64,000 nucleotides of DNA from a virus (IMGVR_UViG_3300037458_001303:1-64000), one strand, 5' to 3'; positions 19,881 through 29,119 are shown, counted from the stretch's first letter. Notes: generated by a model not told the origin, from the letters alone. Numbers and translations: made by a program.

Positions 19881-20377
19881 GGGCAGGAAGGCAGTTCGAG
19901 GATCGAGGTTCGAGTGCAAAACCCTTATACTTAATTGGTTAGTCACGGGGCATTTTTCTTAGCGCGCTCTTTTGGCTGAGCGAAGTTTCGGGTGGGCTCG
20001 GACCCCCCATGGGGTGCGGTTCCCGGCCCTTCGCGGCCTCCCGCCCAGCGTCCTGGCCGTCGGGCCCTGGCCCGCGGCGCTCGACCCTCGGAATGACGAC
20101 CGACTAGGTAGTCAGCCAACCCATTGGGACAGAACGAGATCCGAGGACAACACGAAACGCGAGACGCACAACATCAGTTATATTTAATACGCTGCAAGAA
20201 TCGGGGCAAACCGTTGAGCCGCAAGGGGTTCAGCACGAGAATCGAGGTTCGAGGACCGTCCTGGCCGGCCTCCAGGCGGGGTGGGGGTGGCTTTTTTTGC
20301 GCAGGCTGCGCAAATCGCGACACCCGCCAGCCGGCACGCAACTTTGCTCACGATATCAGAGTGATATCACTTTGCAA

Positions 20378-21055
20378 TCAGTCTTCTGCAACTTGTTGAT
20401 CCCCAGAGGCTTCTGCATGGTCGAGAACGCCGGCGAGATCTCCGGCCGAAGTTTCAGGCTTACGCCCAAGCTTGCGGTTGGTTGAACAGTTAGCTTTAAC
20501 CGAAGCAAACCTCGCTTTGGCGCCCGCGCGCGCTCCTGGAGCGTCCAGGGCATCGGAGAGGGCTGCGCCTGGGGTCTGGGCCCGGGACGCGGCGGCAGCG
20601 GCAAAGCGGCCCGGCGCGAGCCGGTTGGTGTCCGACGCGCGTTCGGTGGCCGTGTCGCCCAGGGCACGGTAAGTCAATGACTGCACCGTCTCCAGGGCTT
20701 TGACCAAGTCAACCAGAGGCCGGGCCGTGTAGTTCGCGCTCTTCTCCGTCTCGACCGTCGTCAGCTTATCGATCGGCGCTTCTGCGAAATGGAAGAGCGC
20801 CTTGTCCAGAAGGTCCCGGGCCCGTTGTGCCTGACCGAGGTTCGAGAGCCGGTTGAGCTCACGGGTCATCGCATCGAGGCCTTCGAGCTCCCTGGTAGCC
20901 CGTAGCGCATCGAATCTATCCTCCCAACCTAGCTGATCGGCCACGTCTCGGAGGGAAGGCGCGTCCACTCCGGCCAGCGCCGCGGTCCTCTGCAAATCAC
21001 CGTCCAGGCTCGCGGCCAGGAGGAATAATGGGCTATAGTCCTTGGGGTCAATCAT
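20378..21055 (-). CDS. Putative terminase small subunit or DNA-binding protein
   Basis: HTH-like N-terminus (RTAALAGVDAPSLRDVADQLGW), a helical body, and position at the head of the late operon. Confidence 0.45.
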   Translation of the reverse strand: MIDPKDYSPLFLLAASLDGDLQRTAALAGVDAPSLRDVADQLGWEDRFDALRATRELEGLDAMTRELNRLSNLGQAQRARDLLDKALFHFAEAPIDKLTTVETEKSANYTARPLVDLVKALETVQSLTYRALGDTATERASDTNRLAPGRFAAAAASRAQTPGAALSDALDAPGARAGAKARFASVKANCSTNRKLGRKPETSAGDLAGVLDHAEASGDQQVAED

Positions 21056-21246
21056 GTCTTAATCCCTTCCGGCTCAGAGGTTTGCGACTGCCGATCCATG
21101 AAGGCCTTGCGGTCCTGGCGCCGCTTTTCAGACTTGTGCAATGCAAGTGCATCGCGGACGTGTTGCGGAGAGTCCTCGAAGAGCTGGTCGACCGCGGACA
21201 GTCCGGACGTTGGTTTCGATTGTTTCCCGTTCATAATCATCAGATT

Positions 21247-21275
21247 ACTATCGACACGACGCGATGAGCTGTCAA
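21247..21275 (-). promoter_or_regulatory. First late promoter at the early/late divergence, probably leaderless
   Basis: TTGACA-N17-GATAGT, then 6 nt to the ATG at 21240. Confidence 0.65.
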
Positions 21276-21402
21276 CTAGCACGCACCTAGCTATTGAATC
21301 CGCCGTCGGTGCTGGTCGGCGGGCACGCAGGCCAGAACAACACAGACCCGCGGGGCCGGGACCCGGTAATGATACCCGGAGCAATTTAGCGAAAGGGCAA
21401 CG

Positions 21403-21774
21403 TTGAGGTGCATTATGAAGCGAAAGTCAATCTGGTCTCACTTCCGAGCGGCGACCCACTGTGGGCTTACCGATGTTGCGGGGTTCAAATACGGCTCCTT
21501 TCCGGTCCGGGCCGAGTGGTCTGGGCTGGAGGGAGGCGAGCCCTGGGTGCGTCATGCCGAGGCCCGGGTGGTCGCGCGGTCAGCTGCTGATGCCGCGAAC
21601 CATTGGCTGGAGGAGTGTTGCAAAGCGTGGCCCGGCCAACCGGTCGAGGTCGAGGCGGTGGGATACAAAGGCGGGACCGTTGTCCGGTATGCGGGATGGG
21701 ACCGGTCGGTGTTTTTGGCGATGATCCTGGAGCGGCACGAGTCGCCTGCGGTGCAACTGGAGTTCAACCTATGA
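21403..21774 (+). CDS. Early hypothetical protein
   Basis: First plus-strand ORF; coupled to the next gene by ATGA. Confidence 0.55.
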   Translation: MRCIMKRKSIWSHFRAATHCGLTDVAGFKYGSFPVRAEWSGLEGGEPWVRHAEARVVARSAADAANHWLEECCKAWPGQPVEVEAVGYKGGTVVRYAGWDRSVFLAMILERHESPAVQLEFNL

Positions 21775-22532
21775 GACCGATCGAAATAGCAGCCAACGCG
21801 CTGGAACCGGCGCTGAAGGACCTGGGGGTGAGCCGGGACCATCCGGCGCTTCGGGTCAAGATCGCCGAGGACACCCCAGACAAGGGCAAGCTGGAGGTCC
21901 AGCTACGGGGGCCAAACGGCCCGAGGTCGTTGTTCATATTCGTCCTGGCCAACGGCGAAAGCAGTCGCGTCGTGTCGGTCTGGGCCGGCCGCGGCTGGAA
22001 GACTTTCTTCGCGCCAAACGCCAAGCGAGCGATAGCTGGGCTGAAACGCCGGCTGGTCACCGCGTTGCGCCGCCGGGCAGAGCGGGCCGGCGTGCCGGTC
22101 AAAGGTGCAGTGCAACTGCAACGCGGACGCAATGCAGGCGAGGCAGGGATCGTGGACGACAAGGACTGCACCGTCGAAGCCCTGGCCAACGCGGCCGGCA
22201 TTAGCTACGCCGACGCACACGCGTTCTGGGAGTTGCTGGGCCGGGAGCGGGGGCACGGTATCCGGATGTTCCACGAGCTGAAGAAGCACGCCAACGCCTT
22301 GTTCAGCTGGGACGAGTTCAATGTGGAACTACTTGGGGTCAAGATGATTAGAGTCAAAGAAGCCCACGGGGTCCAGGTGAGGACCGCGGCCAAGATGCTG
22401 CCGCAAGGCCGGCACCTGCTGAATGTTCTCGGGCACGCTCTCGCGATTATCGATGGGGTTGTGGTAGACTCGGGTTCTGGCAGCCTGGGGAAGCGCGTCG
22501 TGAATATCTACCGGGTAGAGAAGCTGGCATGA
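21771..22532 (+). CDS. Early hypothetical protein with a DCTVxA motif domain
   Basis: The C-terminal DCTVEALANAAGISYADAH...HALAIIDGVVVD pattern is common in small phage proteins. Start refined to 21771. Confidence 0.6.
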   Translation: MRPIEIAANALEPALKDLGVSRDHPALRVKIAEDTPDKGKLEVQLRGPNGPRSLFIFVLANGESSRVVSVWAGRGWKTFFAPNAKRAIAGLKRRLVTALRRRAERAGVPVKGAVQLQRGRNAGEAGIVDDKDCTVEALANAAGISYADAHAFWELLGRERGHGIRMFHELKKHANALFSWDEFNVELLGVKMIRVKEAHGVQVRTAAKMLPQGRHLLNVLGHALAIIDGVVVDSGSGSLGKRVVNIYRVEKLA

Positions 22533-22558
22533 GGCCTGCTGAGAGGTTGAGTATAAGC

Positions 22559-22858
22559 ATGAAAGCAAACAAGAACAGCAAACGGCCGGGCTTGAAGGCC
22601 CGGGTGCGATCGTATCGGCACATTCAGCGGACCATCCGCGGGCTCCACGAGTCGGCCGCGCGGCGACTGGCTGACCTGCGAGGCGAGCGGCAGGTTGGGC
22701 ATTCATTCTGGCTTGGCCCCGGGGTCAAAGTCCGATGGATGCTGGTGCCGGAGGTCCTGGTGCCCCGGCATGTGGTGAAGCCCCACGTGCGGGTCGTGGT
22801 GCGGACGGTAGCACGGGACAGGGACTTGGAGCGGGTCAATCGAGCGCTGGGGGACTGA
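22559..22858 (+). CDS. Basic hypothetical protein
   Basis: ATG at 22559; Arg-rich. Confidence 0.45.
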   Translation: MKANKNSKRPGLKARVRSYRHIQRTIRGLHESAARRLADLRGERQVGHSFWLGPGVKVRWMLVPEVLVPRHVVKPHVRVVVRTVARDRDLERVNRALGD

Positions 22859-22982
22859 TGACTCAGGCTGCGGTGGAAACGAGCGCCGGTGGCGAAAGCT
22901 GCCGGCGTTTTTCGTTGGGCCCTCGAATCTCGAACCTCGAATCAAAGGGTCAAAGGTCAAAGGAGAGGGGGCCCAGGCCGAG

Positions 22983-23208
22983 AAACCCTAAATAAATTCG
23001 GGAAAGCGAATCAAATTCCCTAGGTAAAAACGGCCTTTTTCGTCCACTTCGTATAAGGGTTTCCTCCTATATCCTATCTTTTTATATCCTTTTTTCTTTT
23101 CGCGCGCGTAATATAAAAGACTTATATTAAAGACTTATACGATGTGGTCGGAAAAGGGCTTTTTTGGCTAGGGGATTTGATTCGCTTTCCAGAATTTATT
23201 TAAGGTTT
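22983..23208. repeat. 75-bp imperfect inverted repeat around a 76-bp AT-rich core; candidate replication origin
   Basis: 22983..23057 matches the reverse complement of 23134..23208 at 65 of 75 positions. The core (TATATCC, TTTTTT, TAATATAAAAGACTTATATTAAAGAC) is far more AT-rich than the genome. Confidence 0.8.
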
Positions 23209-23241
23209 GACAACGGCGCCCTTCTCGACGATTGTCTCGTC

Positions 23242-24621
23242 ATGTTCAAACTATTCTGGGACCATAAGAACCAACGGGCGCCGTCGGCTCGGGCCCATCG
23301 GTGCTTCACACACACTCTGACGCTTCGCCGGCACCCGGCCGAGCGCCTGAAACAGCATCCTCCCGCCTCGGTCGGCTGGCGCCGTTTCACCGTGAACGAC
23401 TCCCTCTATGGCGCGCCCGCCAGCCTCATGTTTGCTGAAGCTCAGGCCCGCCGCGACTCGGTAGCGCTGAGTTTCATCCGGGGCTTCCAGGCGGCGGATC
23501 AGCTCGCCGTTCCCCTGGGTGACGACCTGGGGCACAGTTGGTGCCCAACCTGGGCGCTGCCCGTTAGCACCGGCCGTCCGCCCGGAGGCGGTCGACCGCC
23601 CAGCGTGCTCGCTCAACTTTGCGCCAGCCCGATCGCCTCGGACCTGCTGGACCTGACCGGCACCGCCCTGGTGCAGCCCAGCACGCCGCGCCGTTATCAC
23701 AGTGCCTTGGGTGACGCCGAGCGGCTCGGGCTGGCCGAGGCTGCCCCGTTTCGCGATTCGAGGGTCGAGATCGGCGCGTGGCTGGACGAGGGTAGCCTGG
23801 AGCCCAACCGGCCGGTTTTCCTGGAAGGGCCCAACGCGGCCGCCGTTTGGGCGTGGTTCCAGGTCATGATCGTTTGGCCCGCCCTGGCGGCGCACTGGGT
23901 GCGCTCGGCCATGGACGGGGTGGACGGCTGGAAGACGCCGGACGGTTACCCGGAGGTGCCGCCCTGGCTCGCTGCGGGGGCGCAGGCGCTACTTGAGGGC
24001 TCGACCCTGGTCCAGACACGGTCCCGGCTCGAAAACGCCGCCAAGGGCATCCTGGACTCCAGGAATTGGGGGTGCTTTGCGCTCATCGTGACCCAGATGC
24101 GATCGCGGATGGCTAATAGCCGCCGGGTGGCCGAGCGGATGAGATTGGCGGCGCGTCGTTGGGACGCTGCCCGCTTCCGTCATTCGGCCGCTGAGGATCG
24201 CGCTAAGCTCGGGCTGGAGGACGGGCACGTTGCCTGGGTCCAGGCCGAGGTCGAGTTCGTGCTCGATTACTACCGGGATGTCCGCCGGGATCTGGACAAG
24301 CTGTCCGGGGATTCGAACGCCTTGCGCGGGACAAACTGGGACGCCTTTTCGGTAGCTCGGCAGGCTGCCGAGGACGTCCAGGCGTTGGTCCAGGTGGCTA
24401 AGGCGCTCCGTTCTGCCGGCGGCGACGTCCGGCGGGCCGCGTCTTACTTCCACGGCGTCGGGGACTGGGCGCGGGCTCAGTTAAGCGGGCCCGTGCAGGA
24501 GATGCTCGACCGCGCATGGCAGGTGCTTTGCGAATGCAATGCGCCCTCGAATCTCGAATCTCGCACCGACGGAAAACCCCAGGAAAACCCCGGGGACTCG
24601 GTTGGCACGCCCACTGCTTAA
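23242..24621 (+). CDS. Large hypothetical protein adjacent to the origin candidate
   Basis: Long open frame. ATG at 23242 preferred because the track start at 23164 lies inside the inverted-repeat arm. Confidence 0.55.
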   Translation: MFKLFWDHKNQRAPSARAHRCFTHTLTLRRHPAERLKQHPPASVGWRRFTVNDSLYGAPASLMFAEAQARRDSVALSFIRGFQAADQLAVPLGDDLGHSWCPTWALPVSTGRPPGGGRPPSVLAQLCASPIASDLLDLTGTALVQPSTPRRYHSALGDAERLGLAEAAPFRDSRVEIGAWLDEGSLEPNRPVFLEGPNAAAVWAWFQVMIVWPALAAHWVRSAMDGVDGWKTPDGYPEVPPWLAAGAQALLEGSTLVQTRSRLENAAKGILDSRNWGCFALIVTQMRSRMANSRRVAERMRLAARRWDAARFRHSAAEDRAKLGLEDGHVAWVQAEVEFVLDYYRDVRRDLDKLSGDSNALRGTNWDAFSVARQAAEDVQALVQVAKALRSAGGDVRRAASYFHGVGDWARAQLSGPVQEMLDRAWQVLCECNAPSNLESRTDGKPQENPGDSVGTPTA

Positions 24622-24630
24622 CTGCCCGGC

Positions 24631-25236
24631 ATGAAGGACAAGATTTACAAGCGGGACGAGGCCAAGAGCTGGTTTATGAAAAAGTTCGAATTAGTTGAGG
24701 TTAATGGTGAGGTCCGGATCCGTGCGTTGCGAGATTTCGGGTCCGTCAAGGCCGGCGATGTCGGCGGCCGGGTCGATGGCGAGCACAATCTGGACCACGA
24801 TGGGGACTGTTGGATCGACGCCCAGGCCCAGGTCTACGGGGATGCCCAGGTCTCCGGGAATGCCCGGGTCTCCGGGAATGCCTGGGTCTACGGGGGTGCC
24901 CGGGTCTCCGGGAATGCCTGGGTCTACGGGGGTGCCCGGGTCTCCGGGGATGCCTGGGTCTACGGGGGTGCCCGGGTCTCCGGGGATGCCTGGGTCTACG
25001 GGGATGCCCAGGTCTCCGGGAATGCCCGGGTCTCCGGGAATGCCTGGGTCTACGGGGGTGCCCGGGTCTCCGGGGATGCCCGGGTCTACGGGGATGCCCG
25101 GGTCTCCGGGAATGCCTGGGTCTACGGGGGTGCCCGGGTCTCCGGGAATGCCTGGGTCTACGGGGGTGCCCGGGTCTCCGGGGATGCCTGGGTCTACGGG
25201 GATGCCCAGGTCTCCGGGAATGCCCGGATCTCCTAG
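24631..25236 (+). CDS. Hexapeptide-repeat (V[YS]G[DNG]A[RQW]) beta-helix protein
   Basis: IRALRDFGSVKAGDVGG...EHNL..GDCWI head domain followed by 22 hexapeptides; a common phage family. Confidence 0.85.
   Translation: MKDKIYKRDEAKSWFMKKFELVEVNGEVRIRALRDFGSVKAGDVGGRVDGEHNLDHDGDCWIDAQAQVYGDAQVSGNARVSGNAWVYGGARVSGNAWVYGGARVSGDAWVYGGARVSGDAWVYGDAQVSGNARVSGNAWVYGGARVSGDARVYGDARVSGNAWVYGGARVSGNAWVYGGARVSGDAWVYGDAQVSGNARIS
24832..25227 (+). repeat. 22 x 18-bp tandem repeat
   Basis: Unit GTCT(A/C)CGGG(G/A)(A/G)TGCC(C/T)(A/G)G, 396 bp in total. Confidence 0.95.
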
Positions 25237-25454
25237 AACGCCCACGTCACTGAGGTATTTCGGAGTGAGCAATGCGACGTCAGAGCATCTGCGATGCAGC
25301 CGTCGGAGCGGACAACGTAACCCGTTGGTAATTAGCCAGCGCAGGCTGGCACGGAGTAAGCTATGCTAGATCCTATGGTGATGATTGCAATGCTGGGGCT
25401 CGCGGCATGGCTCGCGGGCCGGGTGGATTGGGGTGGCGACGATAGTTTAGACCC

Positions 25455-25682
25455 GTGACGACTATGAACAAAGCGATCGACGGAAACGCATTGGGGTGGC
25501 GGAAGCCCTGGGACGATCTTGAGCCGGCCGTGCAGGCCGCGATCATCTCTGGCGACGAGCAGCGGGCCCGCCGTGTGCAGAAAGCATACGGCCATGGCGC
25601 CTACTGGCGCGGCTACGGTCCCGGGCACGAGCGAGCGGAGTGTCTGGCGTGGCGTAACATCAACGGCGAGGTGGTATCGTGA
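25455..25682 (+). CDS. Small hypothetical protein
   Basis: Coupled to the next ORF by GTGA. Confidence 0.45.
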   Translation: MTTMNKAIDGNALGWRKPWDDLEPAVQAAIISGDEQRARRVQKAYGHGAYWRGYGPGHERAECLAWRNINGEVVS

Positions 25683-26068
25683 ACATCATGTGGGGCGAGT
25701 TTTTTCGGCGGCTCCGCGAGGTGGCCGGCGAGGTGGCCTGCGAGGTTGGCCGTAAAGACGGCCGGTTTGTCGACGTGGCGGGTGCTCGGTTCTGGACTGC
25801 CCCTGATGGGCGGTCCGAGGGCGGGCTCGACTACGACACTGTGGACCAGCTGTGCGCCAACAAGGGCGGCCTGTCGGTGCATTACAAAGTCGTCGGCGAC
25901 GTTGTGGTGGTAACCGGGATCGGGGTGGTGCGGCGGTTCTCGATTGCCGATGTCACCCAGGCGATCCAGGCCGACGTTCTGCACGGTTGGAAGCATGGGC
26001 AGGGCAATGTGGTCAGTCGGGCGATCACCCGGCGGGCCGGTTGCGAATGGGGCGCGGAGACCCCGTGA
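25679..26068 (+). CDS. Hypothetical protein
   Basis: Member of a run of short, coupled early ORFs. Confidence 0.5.
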   Translation: MNIMWGEFFRRLREVAGEVACEVGRKDGRFVDVAGARFWTAPDGRSEGGLDYDTVDQLCANKGGLSVHYKVVGDVVVVTGIGVVRRFSIADVTQAIQADVLHGWKHGQGNVVSRAITRRAGCEWGAETP

Positions 26069-26509
26069 AAGGGAACATGAAGAAACGTTTCGTTGTGGAA
26101 GTATCCGGGACTGGCGGCGTGCTGTTGCGCGCCGTCACTCCGGGCGGGAGTCCGGGCCCGGCGATCCAGTTGTCAGCGTGCGAGGCCGGCGAGCTTGCGC
26201 GGGACCTGGACAACGCGGCACTCGAAGCTTACGCGGGGTGGCCTAACGCGCGCCGCATGTCGCCGGCACACTGGCACGTGGGGCCCTACGTCGTTTTTTG
26301 CCCGGAGCCCTTCATGGAGTGTCGGGTGGCCGACAAGGGAACCCTGCAGCCCCTGGCGCATTTCACCGGGCCCGGGTGCTTGACAAAAGGGCTTGACTGG
26401 GCGAAGCAGCACGCTTACGGTGGCCGAGGTGCGTGATGGAAGCCCTCGCGCTAGTGTTCGTTGTTTGGCTGGCCGTGCGGCTGGCCTATCGTGGAAACTG
26501 GAGTCGTTT

Positions 26510-26821
26510 ATGAAGAGACACAAAGCATGGCAGATCGGGCTGGCGCTCGCGGCGCTGGCGTTGGAAGTGCAAGCGGATAGCCCTCGCTGGGCGCCAGGGT
26601 TGGAGATATCGGACGCTCGGCCGGGCAAGGTCCGGGTTACCACAGAGAACCGGGCGAAGCGGCCCGGCGTGGTTGTGGTCGAGACCGCGCCGGCGATCGA
26701 GGGGCCCTGGACGGTGGCGTTCGAGGTCAAGGCTGGCACCCGGCAAAGTCGGGTGGTTGCTGTGGACGAGTCGGCCCGATTCTTTCGGGCGCGGTTCAAC
26801 AAGGTGCCTGGAGGGAAGTGA
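26510..26821 (+). CDS. Secreted small protein with a Verrucomicrobia-type C-terminal RFFR motif
   Basis: GGAG ribosome-binding site, signal peptide MKRHKAWQIGLALAALALEVQA, then VETAPAIEGPWT...ARFFRARF. Confidence 0.55.
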   Translation: MKRHKAWQIGLALAALALEVQADSPRWAPGLEISDARPGKVRVTTENRAKRPGVVVVETAPAIEGPWTVAFEVKAGTRQSRVVAVDESARFFRARFNKVPGGK

Positions 26822-27186
26822 ACGTTCCTGCGCTCATCCTGGTGATGGCTATCTGGTGCGCCGAAGGCGGCGATCGCACCCGGTTCCCGTATGGGATCAA
26901 GTCGGTGCGGACGGACGACCCGCGGCAGGTGTGCCTGAACACTGTTTGCAACCAGTGGGAGCGCTGGAACGGGACGGGGTGTTTCATCGATTCCCTGGCG
27001 GACCGCTACTGTCCGCCGGGGGTCGACCCCGTCGGCAACGCACGATGGAAACGCAACGTTAAAGTAATGGTAGGCCACAACGTCTGTCGGTGCGCGAAGA
27101 CTGTCGAGCGGCTGGAAAGGCCGGCGGCGTTCCCGCCGACGTCGGAATATAGGTCCCGGTTGCGGGACTGGCGGAGGAAGCTATGA
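26818..27186 (+). CDS. Lysozyme-like (peptidoglycan hydrolase fold) protein
   Basis: Motifs AIWCAEGG, PYGI and LADRYCP...W.RNV, with a hydrophobic N-terminus. Confidence 0.55.
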   Translation: MNVPALILVMAIWCAEGGDRTRFPYGIKSVRTDDPRQVCLNTVCNQWERWNGTGCFIDSLADRYCPPGVDPVGNARWKRNVKVMVGHNVCRCAKTVERLERPAAFPPTSEYRSRLRDWRRKL

Positions 27187-27431
27187 TTTTTTTGCTGTTA
27201 GCTTTACTGGCGGTCAAGGTGCTGGCCGTGCTGATCGGCATGGGGCTGGTGGGCATCGCCGAGATCGGGGACCGGATCATTCACCCGCGGCCGCGGTTTC
27301 AGCCGGCGTTGAAACCGGCCCCCGTGGTGAAACCGGCCCCTGTGGTCGAACCTCGGGAGTCCGGGCTGACCACAACCGAGCTGGCCTGGATTGTGTGCTT
27401 GACAATCGTCCTGGTGAAGCTATGCTCTTGA
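27183..27431 (+). CDS. Small membrane protein
   Basis: Hydrophobic segments at both ends and a (KPAPVV)x2 linker. Confidence 0.45.
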   Translation: MIFLLLALLAVKVLAVLIGMGLVGIAEIGDRIIHPRPRFQPALKPAPVVKPAPVVEPRESGLTTTELAWIVCLTIVLVKLCS

Positions 27432-27502
27432 GCAGATTTCGGCCTCGTGTCGCCGCGTGTTGCGGTGGCTGTCGTCCTGGTCGGTGGTGGTGGTGAACGA
27501 AG

Positions 27503-27991
27503 GTGAAGCCTATGAAAAGCAGACTGAGATACGGTTGGTTGGTTGCCCTGGTGCTTATGGCCGGCGTCGTTTTCGCCGGGCCCGGGGATCGCAAGCAGAT
27601 CGGTTTTCTGTGGGACCCGCACCCCGAGGACCCGTGGTTCAATCTCTACTGGAGCCCAACGGTCCAGGGGACAATGGAGGATCCTGACGAGGCCGGCACG
27701 ACCTGGGTTAGGCTGGCCACGATCCCGCGCGGAGTGAATGAATTCACGCTGCCCGAGGATTGGACCGATGAACATCGCACTGGGTTCTTCGCGTTGACGG
27801 CGGAGAACACTGTGGGGGAATCGGATTTCAGCAACGGCTTGTGGGTGGAGCCGTTCCCGAGCCGGCCGCAAAACCTGAGGATCCGACTCGTGGAGCCCCA
27901 AGCCTCCTCGGCATCCTCGCCATCGTCTGGCGCGTTGTCGCCCATCAAATTGACGGCGCCTGGGCGCCCAACACCGCCGACTAGCCGCTAG
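27503..27991 (+). CDS. Secreted fibronectin type III-like protein
   Basis: Signal peptide, then FLWDPH..FNLYWS...FFALTAENTVGESDFSN, which is an Fn3 signature. Confidence 0.7.
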   Translation: MKPMKSRLRYGWLVALVLMAGVVFAGPGDRKQIGFLWDPHPEDPWFNLYWSPTVQGTMEDPDEAGTTWVRLATIPRGVNEFTLPEDWTDEHRTGFFALTAENTVGESDFSNGLWVEPFPSRPQNLRIRLVEPQASSASSPSSGALSPIKLTAPGRPTPPTSR

Positions 27992-28037
27992 AGATCAGAC
28001 AGTCTGCCTCCGCTGGGGGCAGACCAATCTGGACTTT

Positions 28038-28304
28038 ATGCAAAACACCAAAGCAAACCGTCGGGCGCTACGGCTTCAGCGCGAAGCCGCCGAGCGCAAG
28101 GTCGTCGTGGCCTCCCGCCTCGTGGAGGCTGACATCATGGCCAAGCGGGAGCCGGCCTGGGGCAAGCTCCAGGTGGCCGTTCAAGAGCTTGAGCTGGCTC
28201 AGGGCTCGCTCCGCACCTCCTATGTTGCGGGGCCCGAGGTCAATGCCCTGATGCTGCGTGCGGCAGCGTTGAAGCTGCCGGGCGTTCCGATCTTGGGGGT
28301 ATGA
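28038..28304 (+). CDS. Hypothetical coiled-coil protein
   Basis: 88-aa helical ORF in the early operon. Confidence 0.5.
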   Translation: MQNTKANRRALRLQREAAERKVVVASRLVEADIMAKREPAWGKLQVAVQELELAQGSLRTSYVAGPEVNALMLRAAALKLPGVPILGV

Positions 28305-28936
28305 CATGGCTAGCCGCTGGGTCAAAAGAGTCGATGCGCGCCAAGCCCCAAGAGTGTCGAAATTCTTGGCAATCGCCTCGTCAGCGGCGCTCTTTCTGTT
28401 GTGGCTGTTGTGGTGCTCTGTTGTGATATTCCTGTGGGTGGCCCTACAGGGTGCCGCGGCCGTCGGGTGTTGTTACCGTGTCGCCCGACGGCTGCGGCCA
28501 ACCAGTGTCTTAATGCCATGAACCGGCTGCGATGTTACTTCGATCAGGTCTTGTGCGCCTTGCTGGCGCCCGTGCTTCGCCTCGTTGAGCTGGAAGCTCG
28601 CGCTTCCAAACGCCGCGACGACGAGCTTTTCGACAAGCTCTCGAAACTCGAAACGACCATCCGCGAACGGTGCGACGCCTTGGATGCGGGCGTGCCGGCC
28701 GCGGTGCTCGGTCAGTATGGGACGGACGAGGCTGCCAGCATTGCCCGGGAGAAGGCCATGCTGAAGTTCCGGATGGAGCGCCAGACCACTGAAGCGCTGA
28801 AAAGAGAGCTTGCAAGAGTGCGGGAGATCCTATACGCTTTTTGTGATGAGAAGAACATGGGGCAACCTAAGGCCAACCGAAAGAGTTCACGGTAGGCGGC
28901 CCGGATACGACCGGGCGGTAGAGAGGCGCTGGAAAT

Positions 28937-29119
28937 ATGAAGACGAAGAAAACGACGAAGCGGGCGGAGAAGTCAGCGTGGCTGCTGCTCGACGGCGACC
29001 TCCCTGTTGCTGTCACGACGATGTTGGGAGTTGCGGCACTGTGGGCGAAGTCGAAGGACAGTCGGCTGTCTGTGAGGAAACCCCTGGCGCTAACCTCTGA
29101 GGATCTTGGTGACCTGTGA
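28937..29119 (+). CDS. 60-aa protein translationally coupled to the TnpB-like gene
   Basis: Its TGA overlaps the GTG start at 29116 (GTGA). Confidence 0.5.
   Translation: MKTKKTTKRAEKSAWLLLDGDLPVAVTTMLGVAALWAKSKDSRLSVRKPLALTSEDLGDL

Noticed and set aside
24832-25227. CRISPR array or DGR template/variable repeat
   Set aside because: Contiguous in-frame 18-bp coding repeats without spacers; no reverse transcriptase and no adenine-specific mismatch pair seen in the window.
24691-25369. Collagen-like (GIP/GTP) and Cys-rich ORFs in alternative frames over the 18-bp repeat
   Set aside because: Frame artefacts of the tandem repeat; only the V[YS]G[DNG]A frame has a recognisable head domain.
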